Assembly: GCA_965214605.1 (NCBI GenBank)
Contig: OZ243961.1
Coordinates: forward strand, 1,792,001-1,856,000
Source: an uncultured Candidatus Binatia bacterium
GTDB lineage: Bacteria; Desulfobacterota; Binatia; Bin18
DNA: 64,000 nucleotides
Direction of reading: 5' to 3'
Shown here: positions 1 through 10,683 of the stretch, piece after piece
Layout: the number at the start of each line of letters is the position of its first letter
Numbering within the stretch: the stretch's first letter is position 1
Translations under genes and position numbers: made by a program
The notes under the pieces: model-generated
Told to the model about the DNA's origin: nothing
Databases searched by the model: none
Seen by the model: only the letters and a program-made list of their open reading frames with translations

Positions 1-500
1 CAGACGTGTTTGAGATTTGTGGTAGCGACGCAGATCTGGCCTACTTCGATCCACCATACGGTTCCAACAACGAGAAAATGCCACCGTCGCGTGTTCGATA
101 TGCTTCGTACTACCATTTGTGGACTACCGTATGTTTGAATGACTTTCCCGACTTGTTCGGGAAGGCGAAGCGGCGAATCGACACATCGGACAAGGTGGCG
201 AGTTCGGTGTTTGAGGAATTCAAACGGAATCATCGCACGGGACGGTTTGTTGCGGTAGAGGCTGTAGAACGGTTGATTCAATCCACTGCGGCTCGTTGGG
301 TGATCTTGTCGTATAGTTCTGGGGGGCGTGGTACAGCGGAGGAGATCAACCAAGTGCTATCTGAAAGCGGTAAGGTGGTTGATGTCATTAAGGTGGACTA
401 TAAGCGTAATGTTATGGCTGGGATGAAGTGGACCCACGAGTGGCTACGCGAAACGGAATCTCCAAACTATGAGTTCTTGTTCCTGATAGATAAGAACTAG
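1..500 (+). CDS. DNA adenine methyltransferase, C-terminal part (5' end outside the window)
   Basis: Amino-MTase motif IV 'AYFDPPY', then YxxYYHLW and 'ILSYS', ending 'EFLFLIDK'; frame open from the window start. Confidence 0.8.
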   Translation, partial: DVFEICGSDADLAYFDPPYGSNNEKMPPSRVRYASYYHLWTTVCLNDFPDLFGKAKRRIDTSDKVASSVFEEFKRNHRTGRFVAVEAVERLIQSTAARWVILSYSSGGRGTAEEINQVLSESGKVVDVIKVDYKRNVMAGMKWTHEWLRETESPNYEFLFLIDKN

Positions 501-1237
501 GGTGATTTGCGTTAGTTGGTCAGAAATTGACCGTCGCGGCATTAACCGTACAAGGTCAATTCGGAAATTGCAGGCCGTAAACTACGCTCCGTTGTCCGAA
601 ATCAGTAAAAGGGGGTTTTGTGCCCAGCATTCAGGTGCCTATCGGGATGACCGTAGCATTGCTCTTGAATGGTCGCGCGAACTATGCTCGTGTCCTGAGA
701 AAAGAAGCTCCTAAAACTCTCTGCGGTTGAATGCTAGGAGGAGCTCTTGAGCTTCTCAATCCGTTTGACCTCACCCTAGGCGGCAGTCTTAGGAATCTGG
801 TTGATATGGACGAACTCACCCGCCACAAACTTGAAGATAGCTGTATAGCGGTTGTTGTGGGCTCTGAAAAACTCGCACCCTACGGCGTAGGTGTAGTCTT
901 CTCCTTAGTAAAAGTCTTTGATGTTCCTGCTGACGTTGGCAGTCTTAGCTTCCGACGTTTACCAAATAACATTGTCGACGCGTGGACTCGACTCTGGTGG
1001 CCGTGGATGGGCCCCCACTCTGATTTATCCACGGCAGTCTGTAGCCCGGATTTCGCAAAAGCGACGGATGACATGGTGACGGGCGGCCTCTTCCGGCTTG
1101 CCCGTTATGTCCCGCCACTCGTTGCATGGGGAAATCCAGAGCCGATTCCCTTGTCCATGCAGCTTTTCAGCATCCGCGGGAAATGGCGCTGTCGATACGG
1201 CTCCGGGGGTTCCTGGTCTTTTTCGCTCTTGCCACGT

Positions 1238-1537
1238 TCAGCTGTCCTGTTTTGTCGGACCAACGGATGTTTCCCTGGCCGTTTCATTTTCCATATAGGC
1301 CCGCGCCGAGGAGAAGGACGAGACGCTGTAGGGCACGAGGAAAGTCAACCCAATTTTGGCCAATAAGCGTGGCGAGAGGTCAAGGCCGAGCAGCACGTCA
1401 TACTGGTTGATAACAGTTAGGATCGGTCCGACGATGGCCGCAACCTTTATCGCCCGAAGAACGGTTTCATGGCGGAACAGGTGGTAGATAAAGCGGCGCA
1501 GGGAACTTGCTCGACCGAACTGCAAGTCTTTAGCCAT
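1238..1537 (-). CDS. nrtS: NrtS-like small membrane protein (nitrate/nitrite transporter family)
   Basis: 'AIKVAAIVGPILTVINQ...KIGLTFLVPYSVSS' matches the NrtS pattern; start at MAKD assumed. Confidence 0.7.
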   Translation of the reverse strand: MAKDLQFGRASSLRRFIYHLFRHETVLRAIKVAAIVGPILTVINQYDVLLGLDLSPRLLAKIGLTFLVPYSVSSFSSARAYMENETARETSVGPTKQDS

Positions 1538-1645
1538 CCGGCCAGCCTCGGTTTGCCGTTGTTGCACGGGATCAAAAAAATCATTCAGGCACTTATTTGT
1601 CCAGACATTTGTTGATCTCGTAACGCGTCAGGTCATATTTTCTCT

Positions 1646-1673
1646 GACCCTAGCCCTCTCCCAAAAGGAGAGA
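1646..1673. repeat. REP-like palindrome
   Basis: CCCTAGCCCTCTCCCAAAAGGAGAG, a CTCTCC/GGAGAG hairpin in an intergenic region; single copy here. Confidence 0.35.
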
Positions 1674-1806
1674 AAACTTCCCCGAATGCGGGGCAGGCCC
1701 CCATGTCTCTCCGTTGCCCCAAGTCCATGCCGGAGAAGCATTTGCCCGGTGCCGCGATGATTTGCTAGACGTAGCCCGAAGACGGAAGATCTCTTAGGAG
1801 GGACAT

Positions 1807-2562
1807 ATGAGTAGTGAACTTTTGGGTCAGACCGCCATTGTCACTGGTGGAGCCTCCGGAATTGGCCGGGCAACGGTCGCCGCACTGCTGAATGACGGGG
1901 CTGGGGTGGCGGTTCTCGACCGGGATGAGGCCGGCGCGGTTTCGTCGGCCGAACAGGGCGAAGGAGCGTTTGCTCTGCCCATTGATCTGGCCGATACGGC
2001 CCGAATTTCAGGCGCGGTTGCCCATGTGGTTGAGCGATTGGGAAAAGTTGACCTGCTGGTCAACTGCGCCGGAGTCACTGGACGCTTTCAGAGCCTGCTC
2101 GATATGGAAGAAGACAACTGGGACTTTGTCCTGACGGTGAACCTGAAGGCGGTCATGCTGATGATGAAGTACGTCGCCAAACATATGATCGAGCGGGGTG
2201 GCGGAGGACGGATTGTGAATATCAGCTCCAGCTCGGCCTTCCGCGCCCGTCAGTCGCCCATCGCCTATGCCGGCTCCAAAGCCGCCCTTGTCCAGCTCAC
2301 CCGCAGCGCGGCTGCTGAGTTGGGCCCGCACAATATCAACGTCAATGCGGTCGCGCCTGGAATCACCGCGACCGGAATGACCCAGGTAATCGGTGACGCC
2401 GCAGCCCTGGAGAAGGTTGCTTCCAGCGGCCCCTTGGAGAACTTATTCCACCGAGTCTCACAGCCGGAAGATGTGGCGGCTGCGATTCTGTTTCTGTGTC
2501 AACCAGGGAGTCGACAGATCACGGGCCAAACGATTCATACCAGCGCCGGTGCGGTGGTGTAG
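1807..2562 (+). CDS. SDR family oxidoreductase
   Basis: TGGASGIG, NCAG, YAGSK and NAVAPG motifs; AGGAGG RBS. Confidence 0.95.
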   Translation: MSSELLGQTAIVTGGASGIGRATVAALLNDGAGVAVLDRDEAGAVSSAEQGEGAFALPIDLADTARISGAVAHVVERLGKVDLLVNCAGVTGRFQSLLDMEEDNWDFVLTVNLKAVMLMMKYVAKHMIERGGGGRIVNISSSSAFRARQSPIAYAGSKAALVQLTRSAAAELGPHNINVNAVAPGITATGMTQVIGDAAALEKVASSGPLENLFHRVSQPEDVAAAILFLCQPGSRQITGQTIHTSAGAVV

Positions 2563-2644
2563 GGGCCGGTTCCATGACCGGCGTCAGGCTTCTCATAGCC
2601 TCGACGCCGTGGTCCTCCTGTGAAGCGCTACGTTTGCGCCTGAC

Positions 2645-3517
2645 CTACACCTGCCGGGAGCGTTCCACAATCGGGGCCAAGCTTTTGACCGCTTCCACCC
2701 CGCTGCCGGTGGCCGCGCTCCACGCCAGAACCACCACCCGACTCAGGCCGGCGTCTTCATACGCTTTCATCGTCTCGACCGTTGGCCCGTTCTCCTGGGG
2801 CATGAGCAGGGTCGAAAACTCTAGACGGTCCGGATCGCGGCCGGCTTCCTTGGTCAGACGTTTGATTTCGGGAATCGACTCTGCGGCCTGCTCGGGACTC
2901 AGATTGCCCGGACACCAACCGTCGGCGTACTGGGCCACCCGCTTGACGGCATATTTGGGATCGTGCGCACCGAGCAAAATCGGCGGATACGGCTTCTGGA
3001 CCGGTTTGGGGAAGAGTTTAACCGGCGGGAATTTGACAAATTCGCCCTCATAGCTGCTCTCGTCCGTGCTCCACAACTCACGTAGGGCTTCGACCGATTC
3101 CCGAAGATGTTTCCAGCGTCTCTTGAAGTTGACCCCCATAATTTCGGCCTCTTCCGGAAACCAGCCCGCTCCCGCCCCAAGAATCACACGCCCGTCCGAA
3201 TACAGATCAAGGGTGGCAACCGCCTTGGCGGTCGTGATGGTATCGCGTTCCGGTAGCAGACAGATGCCGGTTCCTAATTTGATCGTGCGAGTTGCCTGAG
3301 CCGCGGCAGCCAGGGCAACAAACGGATCGGCCAGGTGGGCGTAGAACTCCGGAACCTTGCCGTCGGGCGAGCGGGGATAATAGGTCGTATAGGTAGCCGG
3401 GATGACCAGATGCTCGGCTACCCAAAACGACTCAAAGCCGATATCTTCAGCTGTCCGGGCAATGGCCCCCGGTTCACCGGACTGCTCTGTCAGAAATACC
3501 GAAACACCGATTTTCAT
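2645..3517 (-). CDS. LLM-class, probably F420-dependent, oxidoreductase
   Basis: 'GFESFWVAEH', 'DPFVALAAAA..TRTIKLGTG', 'GAGW..EE', 'PKPVQKP'; start at MKIG after GGAGG. Confidence 0.9.
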   Translation of the reverse strand: MKIGVSVFLTEQSGEPGAIARTAEDIGFESFWVAEHLVIPATYTTYYPRSPDGKVPEFYAHLADPFVALAAAAQATRTIKLGTGICLLPERDTITTAKAVATLDLYSDGRVILGAGAGWFPEEAEIMGVNFKRRWKHLRESVEALRELWSTDESSYEGEFVKFPPVKLFPKPVQKPYPPILLGAHDPKYAVKRVAQYADGWCPGNLSPEQAAESIPEIKRLTKEAGRDPDRLEFSTLLMPQENGPTVETMKAYEDAGLSRVVVLAWSAATGSGVEAVKSLAPIVERSRQV

Positions 3518-3654
3518 GCCTGTTCCCTCCTTCACGCTGTCTTCTTCGCGTACACCTCATCCGGCGCGGCCAAGCCTAGCACAGTCGGACCAAAGCGGAG
3601 AAGAGGAAGAGGCGCGGTTTGTGTTGGCCGCAGGCCTCGGTTATAGTCTGGCCC

Positions 3655-4512
3655 ATGTTACAGGCTGGTGGAGTGACAATTCATTCTTTGAACGCGGGTT
3701 TTTGGTATGATGACGGCGGAGCCCAGTTCGGCATTGTCCCGCAAGAGCTGTGGGCTAGAGAAAAGCCGCCCAACGAGCGCAACCGAATCAAGATGAGTCT
3801 GACCTGTCCATTGATCATCTCTGGAAAAGATCTGATCCTGGTGGATACCGGAATCGGCAACCGTCTGAGCGAGCGCGAGGTTAAAATCTACTCTCCCGAA
3901 CCGGCCGACAAGCTGGTCAAAGCTTTACACGCGCTCGGCTTTGCTCCCCAGGATGTGACCCATGTAATTTTGTCACATCTGCGTTTCGATCACATTGGCG
4001 GGCTGATTGACAAGACTTCCCAAGGGGAGGTGAACCTGATTTTTAGCCAGGCTCGGGTCGTGATCCAGAAGGCCGAATGGGAGCTGGCCACCCACCCGAC
4101 AGACAAACGCTTGGCCGCAGCCTACCGGCATGCCCCAGAGTGCCTGAAGCCGCTCAAACGTGTTGAACTCATTGAGGGCGATTGGGCGGCTAACGACGAG
4201 GTCCGGACCTCGGTCTCGGGTGGTCACACGACTCCGCACCAATGCGCAATTGTTGAATCCGGTGGAACCGGATTGATTCATCTTGCCGACATCGTCCCGA
4301 CGACCTCGCATCTCCGGCCGGCCTGGAACGCGGCCTATGATACCGATCCGTTGACAACCATTGCGGCCAAGAAGCGCTTTTTTGCCGAGGCACGAGCCAA
4401 GAATCTGTGGGTGTCGTTCTCGCACGATGACACGATTGCGGCCGGTCGCTTCGCGCCCCGCGCGGACAAAAAATCCGAGTTGGCGGAAACCATACCGATT
4501 GCTGCGGCCTAG
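3655..4512 (+). CDS. MBL-fold metallo-hydrolase (YtnP-like)
   Basis: 'DGGAQFGIVP..LW', 'LVDTGIG', 'SHLRFDHIGG' (HxHxDH variant), 'GGHT..HQ', 'ADIVPT', 'AYD'. Confidence 0.85.
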   Translation: MLQAGGVTIHSLNAGFWYDDGGAQFGIVPQELWAREKPPNERNRIKMSLTCPLIISGKDLILVDTGIGNRLSEREVKIYSPEPADKLVKALHALGFAPQDVTHVILSHLRFDHIGGLIDKTSQGEVNLIFSQARVVIQKAEWELATHPTDKRLAAAYRHAPECLKPLKRVELIEGDWAANDEVRTSVSGGHTTPHQCAIVESGGTGLIHLADIVPTTSHLRPAWNAAYDTDPLTTIAAKKRFFAEARAKNLWVSFSHDDTIAAGRFAPRADKKSELAETIPIAAA

Positions 4513-4693
4513 AGAGAGGAGACTCCGGATTGGCCTGCTCCTTCCCAAATCGGGGTGATGTGATGGACGGTCCGACAGCCTACTTTGGGGGCGGCACCGC
4601 CGGAAGCGATGGGTGTTCTCCGGCGAATCGCCGGTCACGCGCTCACCGTAGGTTCGATTTTATGTGAAGCAGATACAGCAAGGAAACACAGGT

Positions 4694-5470
4694 ATGCCAA
4701 ACCTCACCCTCACAATCGCCGGTGTTCAGTTCCCGTTCTGTCTGATGAACGCCGCCGGGGCGCTTTCGACCAGTCGGGAAGAGTTGTTGGCTCTGGCCCA
4801 GTCCGAGAGCGGGGCGGTCGTGACCAAGTCGATTACGACCGCCCCGTTTGAAGATCCGGGTGCTCGGTGTGGTCTGGAAAATCCGGGCTACAGTGCCTAT
4901 ATCGAATATCTGCCCAAGCTCCTGCGTACGGGCAAGCCGGTCATTGCCAGCGTAGCCGGCTTTAGTGTAGCCGAATATATTGAAGTGGCCGGGGCGCTGG
5001 CCCGAGCCGGGGCCAGCCTGGTCGAGATGAATCTCAACGATCCCCATGTGCACAAGCATCTCAACCCATTTCGCTCAGCCGGCTTTCTGAGCGAGACGGT
5101 GGAGGCTGTGCGCCAGGCTGTATCAGCTCCGCTGGCAGTCAAGCTGCCTCCACGGATTCCTCTGCCGCTGGCTGAGGTGACGGCCGCCCTGCTCAAAGCC
5201 GCTGTCCCAGCCGCCGTCTGTCACAACGCCTTGATCGACGGTGGTCCGTCGCAGGCTCAGACCGTCCTATACGCCTCGGGCGGAAAACTCGATGTGATCG
5301 GAGTCGGCGGCGTGTCCACGGCCGCCGAGGCATTTGCCGTACTGCACGACGGAATCAGAGCGATTCAGCTGGGCTCAGCAGTGGTCAAAGAGGGAGTCGG
5401 CGTTTTTGCCCGACTGAAACACGAGATGGGGCGGGGCGGCCCGCCCCTCACCGTTGCGCCGGTCTGCTGA
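4694..5470 (+). CDS. Dihydroorotate-dehydrogenase-like FMN protein (atypical)
   Basis: 'MNAAG', 'VVTKSIT', 'PVIASVAG', 'VKLPP', 'IGVGGV', 'QLGSA'; catalytic loop altered to EMNLNDPH. Confidence 0.75.
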   Translation: MPNLTLTIAGVQFPFCLMNAAGALSTSREELLALAQSESGAVVTKSITTAPFEDPGARCGLENPGYSAYIEYLPKLLRTGKPVIASVAGFSVAEYIEVAGALARAGASLVEMNLNDPHVHKHLNPFRSAGFLSETVEAVRQAVSAPLAVKLPPRIPLPLAEVTAALLKAAVPAAVCHNALIDGGPSQAQTVLYASGGKLDVIGVGGVSTAAEAFAVLHDGIRAIQLGSAVVKEGVGVFARLKHEMGRGGPPLTVAPVC

Positions 5471-5509
5471 GCAGCCGGGGGCTGGTATGGTCTCCGCCAC
5501 AACGCTCCG

Positions 5510-5645
5510 CTTCAAGGGTTTTGTATTTGCCGACCTGTGCCAAGCATTGGCCGGACAGAATGAGGACAAGTCGGGCAATCGTTCGGTCGGGAGCGCAGCC
5601 CGGTCTAGAAGGGCTCACCGCCAAATGGGTCCCGGCCGACATTCC
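5510..5645 (+). pseudogene. N-terminal remnant of an NAD-dependent epimerase/dehydratase (HpnA/DFR-like)
   Basis: 'GFVFADLCQALAGQ' and, after a frameshift, 'RAIVRSGAQPGLEGLTAKWVPADI'. Confidence 0.4.
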
Positions 5646-6724
5646 TCTGTCTGACGAGTTCGCCCAGTCGCTCATTGATCCAGCCCAGGACGCAGGCAGC
5701 CGCCCGCCCCGAGATAGCCCGGACCGCGAGGCTTTTCAAACGCCGGCCCATATGACCGCTGGCGAGTTTTGGAAATGTCTCCTTGACTGCGCAATGGAGC
5801 GGCGGGAACTCCAGCGCCCGCCCTGGGCCACTCCGCCCGTGGCCGTCAAGCTGATGAACAATAAAGATCTGGTGCTGACCGCCGGCAGGATTCGGGCTGT
5901 CACTCGCTGTCCGCGAAGCATGGACGGGCCAGGGTGCTGGGTATCCGTCTTCAGCCCAATCATCCAGCGATGACCTGGGGGGGATTCTTTTGTCAACTGT
6001 AGACAGCGTGCTGTGTGACTGTGGGGAGGCGGTTATTGGCGCCACCCCGCACGGTCCGTGCCGAGTGGTCAAAACCCATCGGAACTCCGACCCAGGTCCG
6101 TTGCCCGGCCCATATCTGTACTCAGCTGGCCAGCTTAGAGGGGCCCGCGCCAGTTGGACTGCTGCTCCGGTCGATTGCCGGGATCGGGGATTGCCAACGT
6201 CAGTTTTGACATTCCGCTTGAGCTGCTGCGTGAAGGACAACAACGGGCGTTGGGGCGGCATTGCCGGCGGGAGATGGAGTGAGTCAGAGAAAACGTGATG
6301 TATTTTGAAACCAGCTAGGGCAGTGTTCCGGTGGCCGATACCCACTCATTTCCGGTCAACAGCGTCGTCGGCTTTATCGGCCCCGAGTATCCGTCCGACG
6401 CAACCGGACTGCCTTAGACGACCATCTTATGGGCGAGCTGTTCGGCGATCTGCCTATGGGTTGCGATTGGTGCTGCATTTACTGTCCTGTGGCAGATCAG
6501 ATCTCAGTCAATAATCTGTGATTTTATGGACGTGCCGGGCGCGGACGACACCATGCTCACCTCTCAATCAGCCAGCTTGTACGATGCCCTTGGCCTGCCG
6601 CCGACTGTTCCAGATGACGCACGCCTCGGAGTTTCGAGTCTGGCTTGAGCAGGCCGATATCTTTCGCAGCCAGCAGCCCGACAACCCGACACGCCGGCAG
6701 CTCGTGCATGCGCAGGGGACTTGA
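5646..6724 (+). pseudogene. eutB: Ethanolamine ammonia-lyase large subunit pseudogene
   Basis: EutB motifs in order across many frameshifts: KLMNNKDL; GIRLQPNH; GEAVIGATP; PTQ..AH..TQL; MYFETS*GS; VNSVVGFIGPEY; LPMGCD; VPGADD; EFRVWLEQ. Confidence 0.85.
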
Positions 6725-6739
6725 GAGGAACCGCGCCTC

Positions 6740-7170
6740 ATGAAGCCTCCCGCTCAGCCAGCCCCCTGCCGGACAGAGCTCCGCCGAGCCGTCCGACAAC
6801 GGACGCCGGCCCACATCCTGTTGAGCAGCCCTGGTCTGACCTCTTATCGCAGCCGTTCCCAGCCTGTTCTGCACTGGCAGTACGCAACGGCTCTTGACTC
6901 AGGACAGACCGGGACTAGGCTGGAGCAAGATTTTATGCCCGACCTAGTCAAGCAGTGGGACTTGTTTATGGTAGCGTTCCGCGCCGAGACCAAGGCCGAT
7001 TACCCGGTGCGGACAGACCTGGTGCGGCGTCCGAGTCCACAAGCTCGAAAGCCTCCCCAGGAACGATGTCCCTGGGCCGGTCTACAAGCTGTAGTTGGTG
7101 ACAGCTTGTCGGTCACCGCGGTCAAAGCCAAGCAGCCGACGATTCTGGGCGAGCTAACGTTTTGGCCAGC
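6740..7170 (+). pseudogene. eutC: Ethanolamine ammonia-lyase small subunit, degenerate and truncated
   Basis: 'RQRTPAHI', 'SYR', 'TKADYPVRTDLVRR' (cf. YLxRPDLGRR), 'LQAVVGDSLS' (cf. LQIVIGDGLS); directly after eutB. Confidence 0.75.
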
Positions 7171-7189
7171 TATTTGTGATTCGTCACTG

Positions 7190-7240
7190 TCGGGTGGAAG
7201 TGCTGAACGACACTGGCGAGACGCTGGAGTCTTGGGTTTA
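7190..7240 (+). pseudogene. Gamma-glutamylcyclotransferase-like remnant
   Basis: 'VEVLNDTGETLESWVY' resembles the GGCT/AIG2 V..xDG..xAWVY segment. Confidence 0.35.
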
Positions 7241-7307
7241 TCGAATCGTGACACGACTGTTGGTTCTCTGCCGGAGGACTGGCAAACACTCTGTTCAGGA
7301 GAAAGCT

Positions 7308-7976
7308 ATGGCTCGGCCCTTTCGTGCCGTCTTACGCGAGGCGAGTACCTCGGTGTGGGAGGCGATTTTTGCGCACCCTTTTCTCAAAGAGTTGGGTGAC
7401 GGAACCCTGGACCGTCAGCGGTTCCTGTTTTTTGTCCGTCAAGATGCTCTGTATCTTCAAGACTTTGCCCGTGTTCTGTGTTTGGGAGGAGCCAGGGCGG
7501 ACTCCTTAGAGACCCTTGATATGTTCGCCGAGCACGCGGCAACTGTTGTGCGGGTTGAACGCAGCTTGCATACCAGTTGGAGCGAAAAGCTGGGCATCTC
7601 CTCGCGTGAGCTGTCACGTACCGTCCGAGCGCCTATTACCCAAGCCTACACCCGGCATATGCTGGCCGTTGCGCAGGTGGGCAGCCTAGCCGAGATCGTG
7701 GCTACCATCTTACCCTGTTACTGGATTTATTGGGAAGTTGGCAAACGGCTTAAAACCCGGATGCCCACCGAGCCGCTGTACGCCGAGTGGATTCAGGCCT
7801 ATAGCGCCGAGGGTTTTGGGGCGCATGTGGAGCAACAGCTGGGGCTGATCGACCGTCTCGCCGCCGAGTGCACTGCGGCCGAGCGCGAAAAGATGATCGA
7901 ACACTTTGTCGACAGCAGCCGCTACGAATACCTATTCTGGAATCAGGCGTATCGTCAGGAGCAATGGCCGGTCTAG
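7308..7976 (+). CDS. tenA: Thiaminase II / aminopyrimidine aminohydrolase
   Basis: 'HPFLKELGDGTL', 'QDALYL', catalytic Cys in 'LPCYWIY', 'YEYLFW'; AGGAG RBS. Confidence 0.93.
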   Translation: MARPFRAVLREASTSVWEAIFAHPFLKELGDGTLDRQRFLFFVRQDALYLQDFARVLCLGGARADSLETLDMFAEHAATVVRVERSLHTSWSEKLGISSRELSRTVRAPITQAYTRHMLAVAQVGSLAEIVATILPCYWIYWEVGKRLKTRMPTEPLYAEWIQAYSAEGFGAHVEQQLGLIDRLAAECTAAEREKMIEHFVDSSRYEYLFWNQAYRQEQWPV

Positions 7977-8059
7977 ACTCCGGCCCAGAGCGTGTGTAGG
8001 GAGCCTCACTTTGAGGTTTCCGGTTGATCACCTATTTGGCAGCGATTTGGAGCTCAGTC

Positions 8060-8740
8060 GTGGGCTCGGCTGTCACTGACGCACCCGCGTTCTGCAGTTG
8101 TGACGTTCCCTGAGAAGCAAACACCTTACATACTCCGTTCAGTCAGTTTAGGCGGCATGCCGCCGCCATAGCTGAGCACCGAGATCAGATGATCAGAGTC
8201 GACCTCGTCGCGTATGGCGTAGATCTGCTCTAAGCACTGACCTGGTGGGCCCACGATCCTACGGTTGATGAAGTCAGCGCCCGCCGGAGCCGGGGTGACG
8301 GATAATTTGGTCTTGGGTGCGGACCTCTTTGGCCACCGCGTCCTAGCCGTGCAGCGGGATGGCGACGAAGACGCCTGAGCCGGCTTGGCCATACGTTCTG
8401 CGGTGTCCGGGCTTCACGGCCGCATCGTACAGCCTCCGCTAGAGAGCTGAGTCGGTCGAGACCTCGGCGGCCCGGCTCGCAGTCAGAGCGAGCTGCCGGC
8501 ACCTCAAGAAGATCGCACACCGTGCCAATATTTGACCAAGGAGGTCTGGATGGGTAGTATCCCGCGGATGAACAGGAGGCTGGATTGTGTTTGACTCACG
8601 TCAATCCGATCTGTCCTCCAAGAGCTGATGCGGGAGCGGAGTGGCAGGTCTTTCACGCAGAGAAGATTGCCGAGATTCGGGTCTGTTCTGCAAACCAACA
8701 TCTGGCACGTACACACAAGCCGATTTTAAATTCGCCGGGT
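8060..8740 (-). pseudogene. Decayed LLM-class monooxygenase
   Basis: Fragments 'WFAEQ', 'LLFI..QTSLVK/IGTVCDLL', 'IVGPPGQCLEQI...SYGGGMP...ERSM' in different frames. Confidence 0.55.
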
Positions 8741-8783
8741 TGGGACTATCCGGTCCTGAAACCCTGGCCGCCGAGAGGGTGTT

Positions 8784-9854
8784 ATGGACTTTGGGACGGT
8801 GGTATTCGCCAAACCGAACAGCTGTGCCGAAGAGGCAAGACTGGCCGAAGAGTGCGGCTTTAGCCATGCCTGGGTAGCGGATTCGCATATGATGGCCGGA
8901 GACATGTACATGTGCCTGGCGCTAATGGCGGCCGCGACCTCGCACCTTCGCTTAGGCACCGGCGTTGCCGTGCCGGGTGGGCGTATCGCGCCGATGGCGG
9001 CGAGTTGCATAGCAACCCTCAACCAGATGGCACCGGGCCGCATCAGCATGGGCATTGGTACCGGCAATAGCGCTAGGCGGGCGATGGGTATGCCACCGTG
9101 TTCGCTGGCCGAACTCCGCGACCACGTTCGCGTCGTCCGTGAACTCCTGCGGGGCAAACGGGTCAACTATCAGGAAGGTAGGGCTGAGCGAGTCATCCGC
9201 TTTTTCCACCAAGACATGGAGTTTATGAATACTGATGCCCCGGTTCCGATCTATGTTGCTGCCAACGCGCCCAAAGCGATGGCCTTAGCCGGGGAGATCG
9301 GAGATGGCTTTTTGACCTCGCGGACGAATACAGCCCAGGGCTGGCGGGACGCCTGGCAGCACGTCAGCCACGGAGCGAAGCGGATCGGAAAAGATCCGGC
9401 CATGTTGTATTCCGTGATCATTACCTCTACCTGCCTGTTGAGGCCAGGAGAAGGGCTTGATTCTGCCCGGGTAAAAGCCACGGTCGGGCCGTGGGCCACG
9501 GTTGCTCTGCATTCCTTGTATGAGACGGTCAAGGATCCTGCTGCAGTACCAGAGCCGATTCAGCCGCTGTTTGCGGAATACAAAGCGTTTACCGACAAAC
9601 GTATCACCGCCAACGACACCTACTATATTGATCTCCACGACGGTCACTGCTTGTACGTACAGCCTGAGGAAGAGCATTTTGTTACGCCGGAGTTAATCCG
9701 GGCGGCAACCATGACTGCAACGCCCGAGGCGCTTGTTGAGCGGCTGCACAGTCTCGAAGCTGCCGGGGTCAAGCAGGTAGCCTTTATCCCGCCAATGAAT
9801 GGCTATGCCGAATTTGTAACAGAGTTCAGCCGCCAGGTTATGGCACGATTTTGA
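8784..9854 (+). CDS. LLM-class flavin-dependent oxidoreductase (Mer-like)
   Basis: 'GFSHAWVADS', 'LRLGTGVAVP', 'GIGTG', 'PIYVAANAPK..LAGEIGDG'. Confidence 0.92.
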   Translation: MDFGTVVFAKPNSCAEEARLAEECGFSHAWVADSHMMAGDMYMCLALMAAATSHLRLGTGVAVPGGRIAPMAASCIATLNQMAPGRISMGIGTGNSARRAMGMPPCSLAELRDHVRVVRELLRGKRVNYQEGRAERVIRFFHQDMEFMNTDAPVPIYVAANAPKAMALAGEIGDGFLTSRTNTAQGWRDAWQHVSHGAKRIGKDPAMLYSVIITSTCLLRPGEGLDSARVKATVGPWATVALHSLYETVKDPAAVPEPIQPLFAEYKAFTDKRITANDTYYIDLHDGHCLYVQPEEEHFVTPELIRAATMTATPEALVERLHSLEAAGVKQVAFIPPMNGYAEFVTEFSRQVMARF

Positions 9855-9957
9855 CGCTGCTCTGTCTGGTCAGGACCTGAAAAATCACCCAAGTCGAACT
9901 GTTCTGGAACCCTATTTTTTGAGTGCGCAAATAGGCTAGCTTCCTTAACATAAAAAA
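9713..9957 (+). repeat. 245-bp repeat, copy A (last 47 codons of the LLM gene plus ~100 bp downstream)
   Basis: Reverse complement of 33624-33868; 12 mismatches by manual alignment. Confidence 0.95.
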
Positions 9958-10683
9958 GGGATTTATACCCAATCCTTGACAAACCACCTCCACTGAAAGG
10001 AACAAGGCGTGTGTACTGGTGGCAAGCTGGGATTTGCATATGCGGCCTGAATCCGAAGAGGATCGGAAGGCCCTGATTTCGTAGGGGCGTATGCTGCAGA
10101 GTATGAAGCTGGTCGACCTCAGAGATGAAGCCCGCGCCGGCCGCAGCGGGCGTAAGGAGGGCAACAGGGAGTCGGTCGTTGTCGTCACTGACTCCAGAGA
10201 GTCGGTTAAATGGATGGGCCGCCCCGGCGTTGGCACCGCAGCGGCTTAACCGCACCAGCCATTGAGAATCGAGCAATTGTTCCGCCTCCAGTTCTTCAAG
10301 TTCGTTCCAAGGGGCTGAAAGTCCTTTTCCGGATTCATCGGATCATAGCTGATAAGGACACGGCCAGTAGGCAGCCGGCTTTCCCTTGTGTCGTCAGCCC
10401 GACTTTGGGCAACGGACGAAAGAGCGCGATACAACACAATACGAACGCGCCGAGCACTGCGAAAGTGATGGGAGGCTGGCTCCCGCACCTCTTCCGGGAC
10501 AGTTTGGCGAATCGTCGTGCTGCCGGCGACTAAAACGAGGTAGCCCACGCCCGCGAGGCTGTAGGTAATCGATCAGTTCTTGGTAGGTAGACCAATCAGC
10601 GGCAACAGATGAATAAATGAGACGGAGACGACAATCAGGATGCCGAGCCCTGGAAGAGCGACAATAATGCCTTCCACAGCAGG

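Noticed and set aside
731-1366. 211-aa plus-strand ORF
   Set aside because: No recognisable motif, and it overlaps the NrtS-like gene on the opposite strand
7100-7307. TPP riboswitch upstream of tenA
   Set aside because: The CTGAGA and CCTGA...AGGGA core is not found; the region is eutC/GGCT debris
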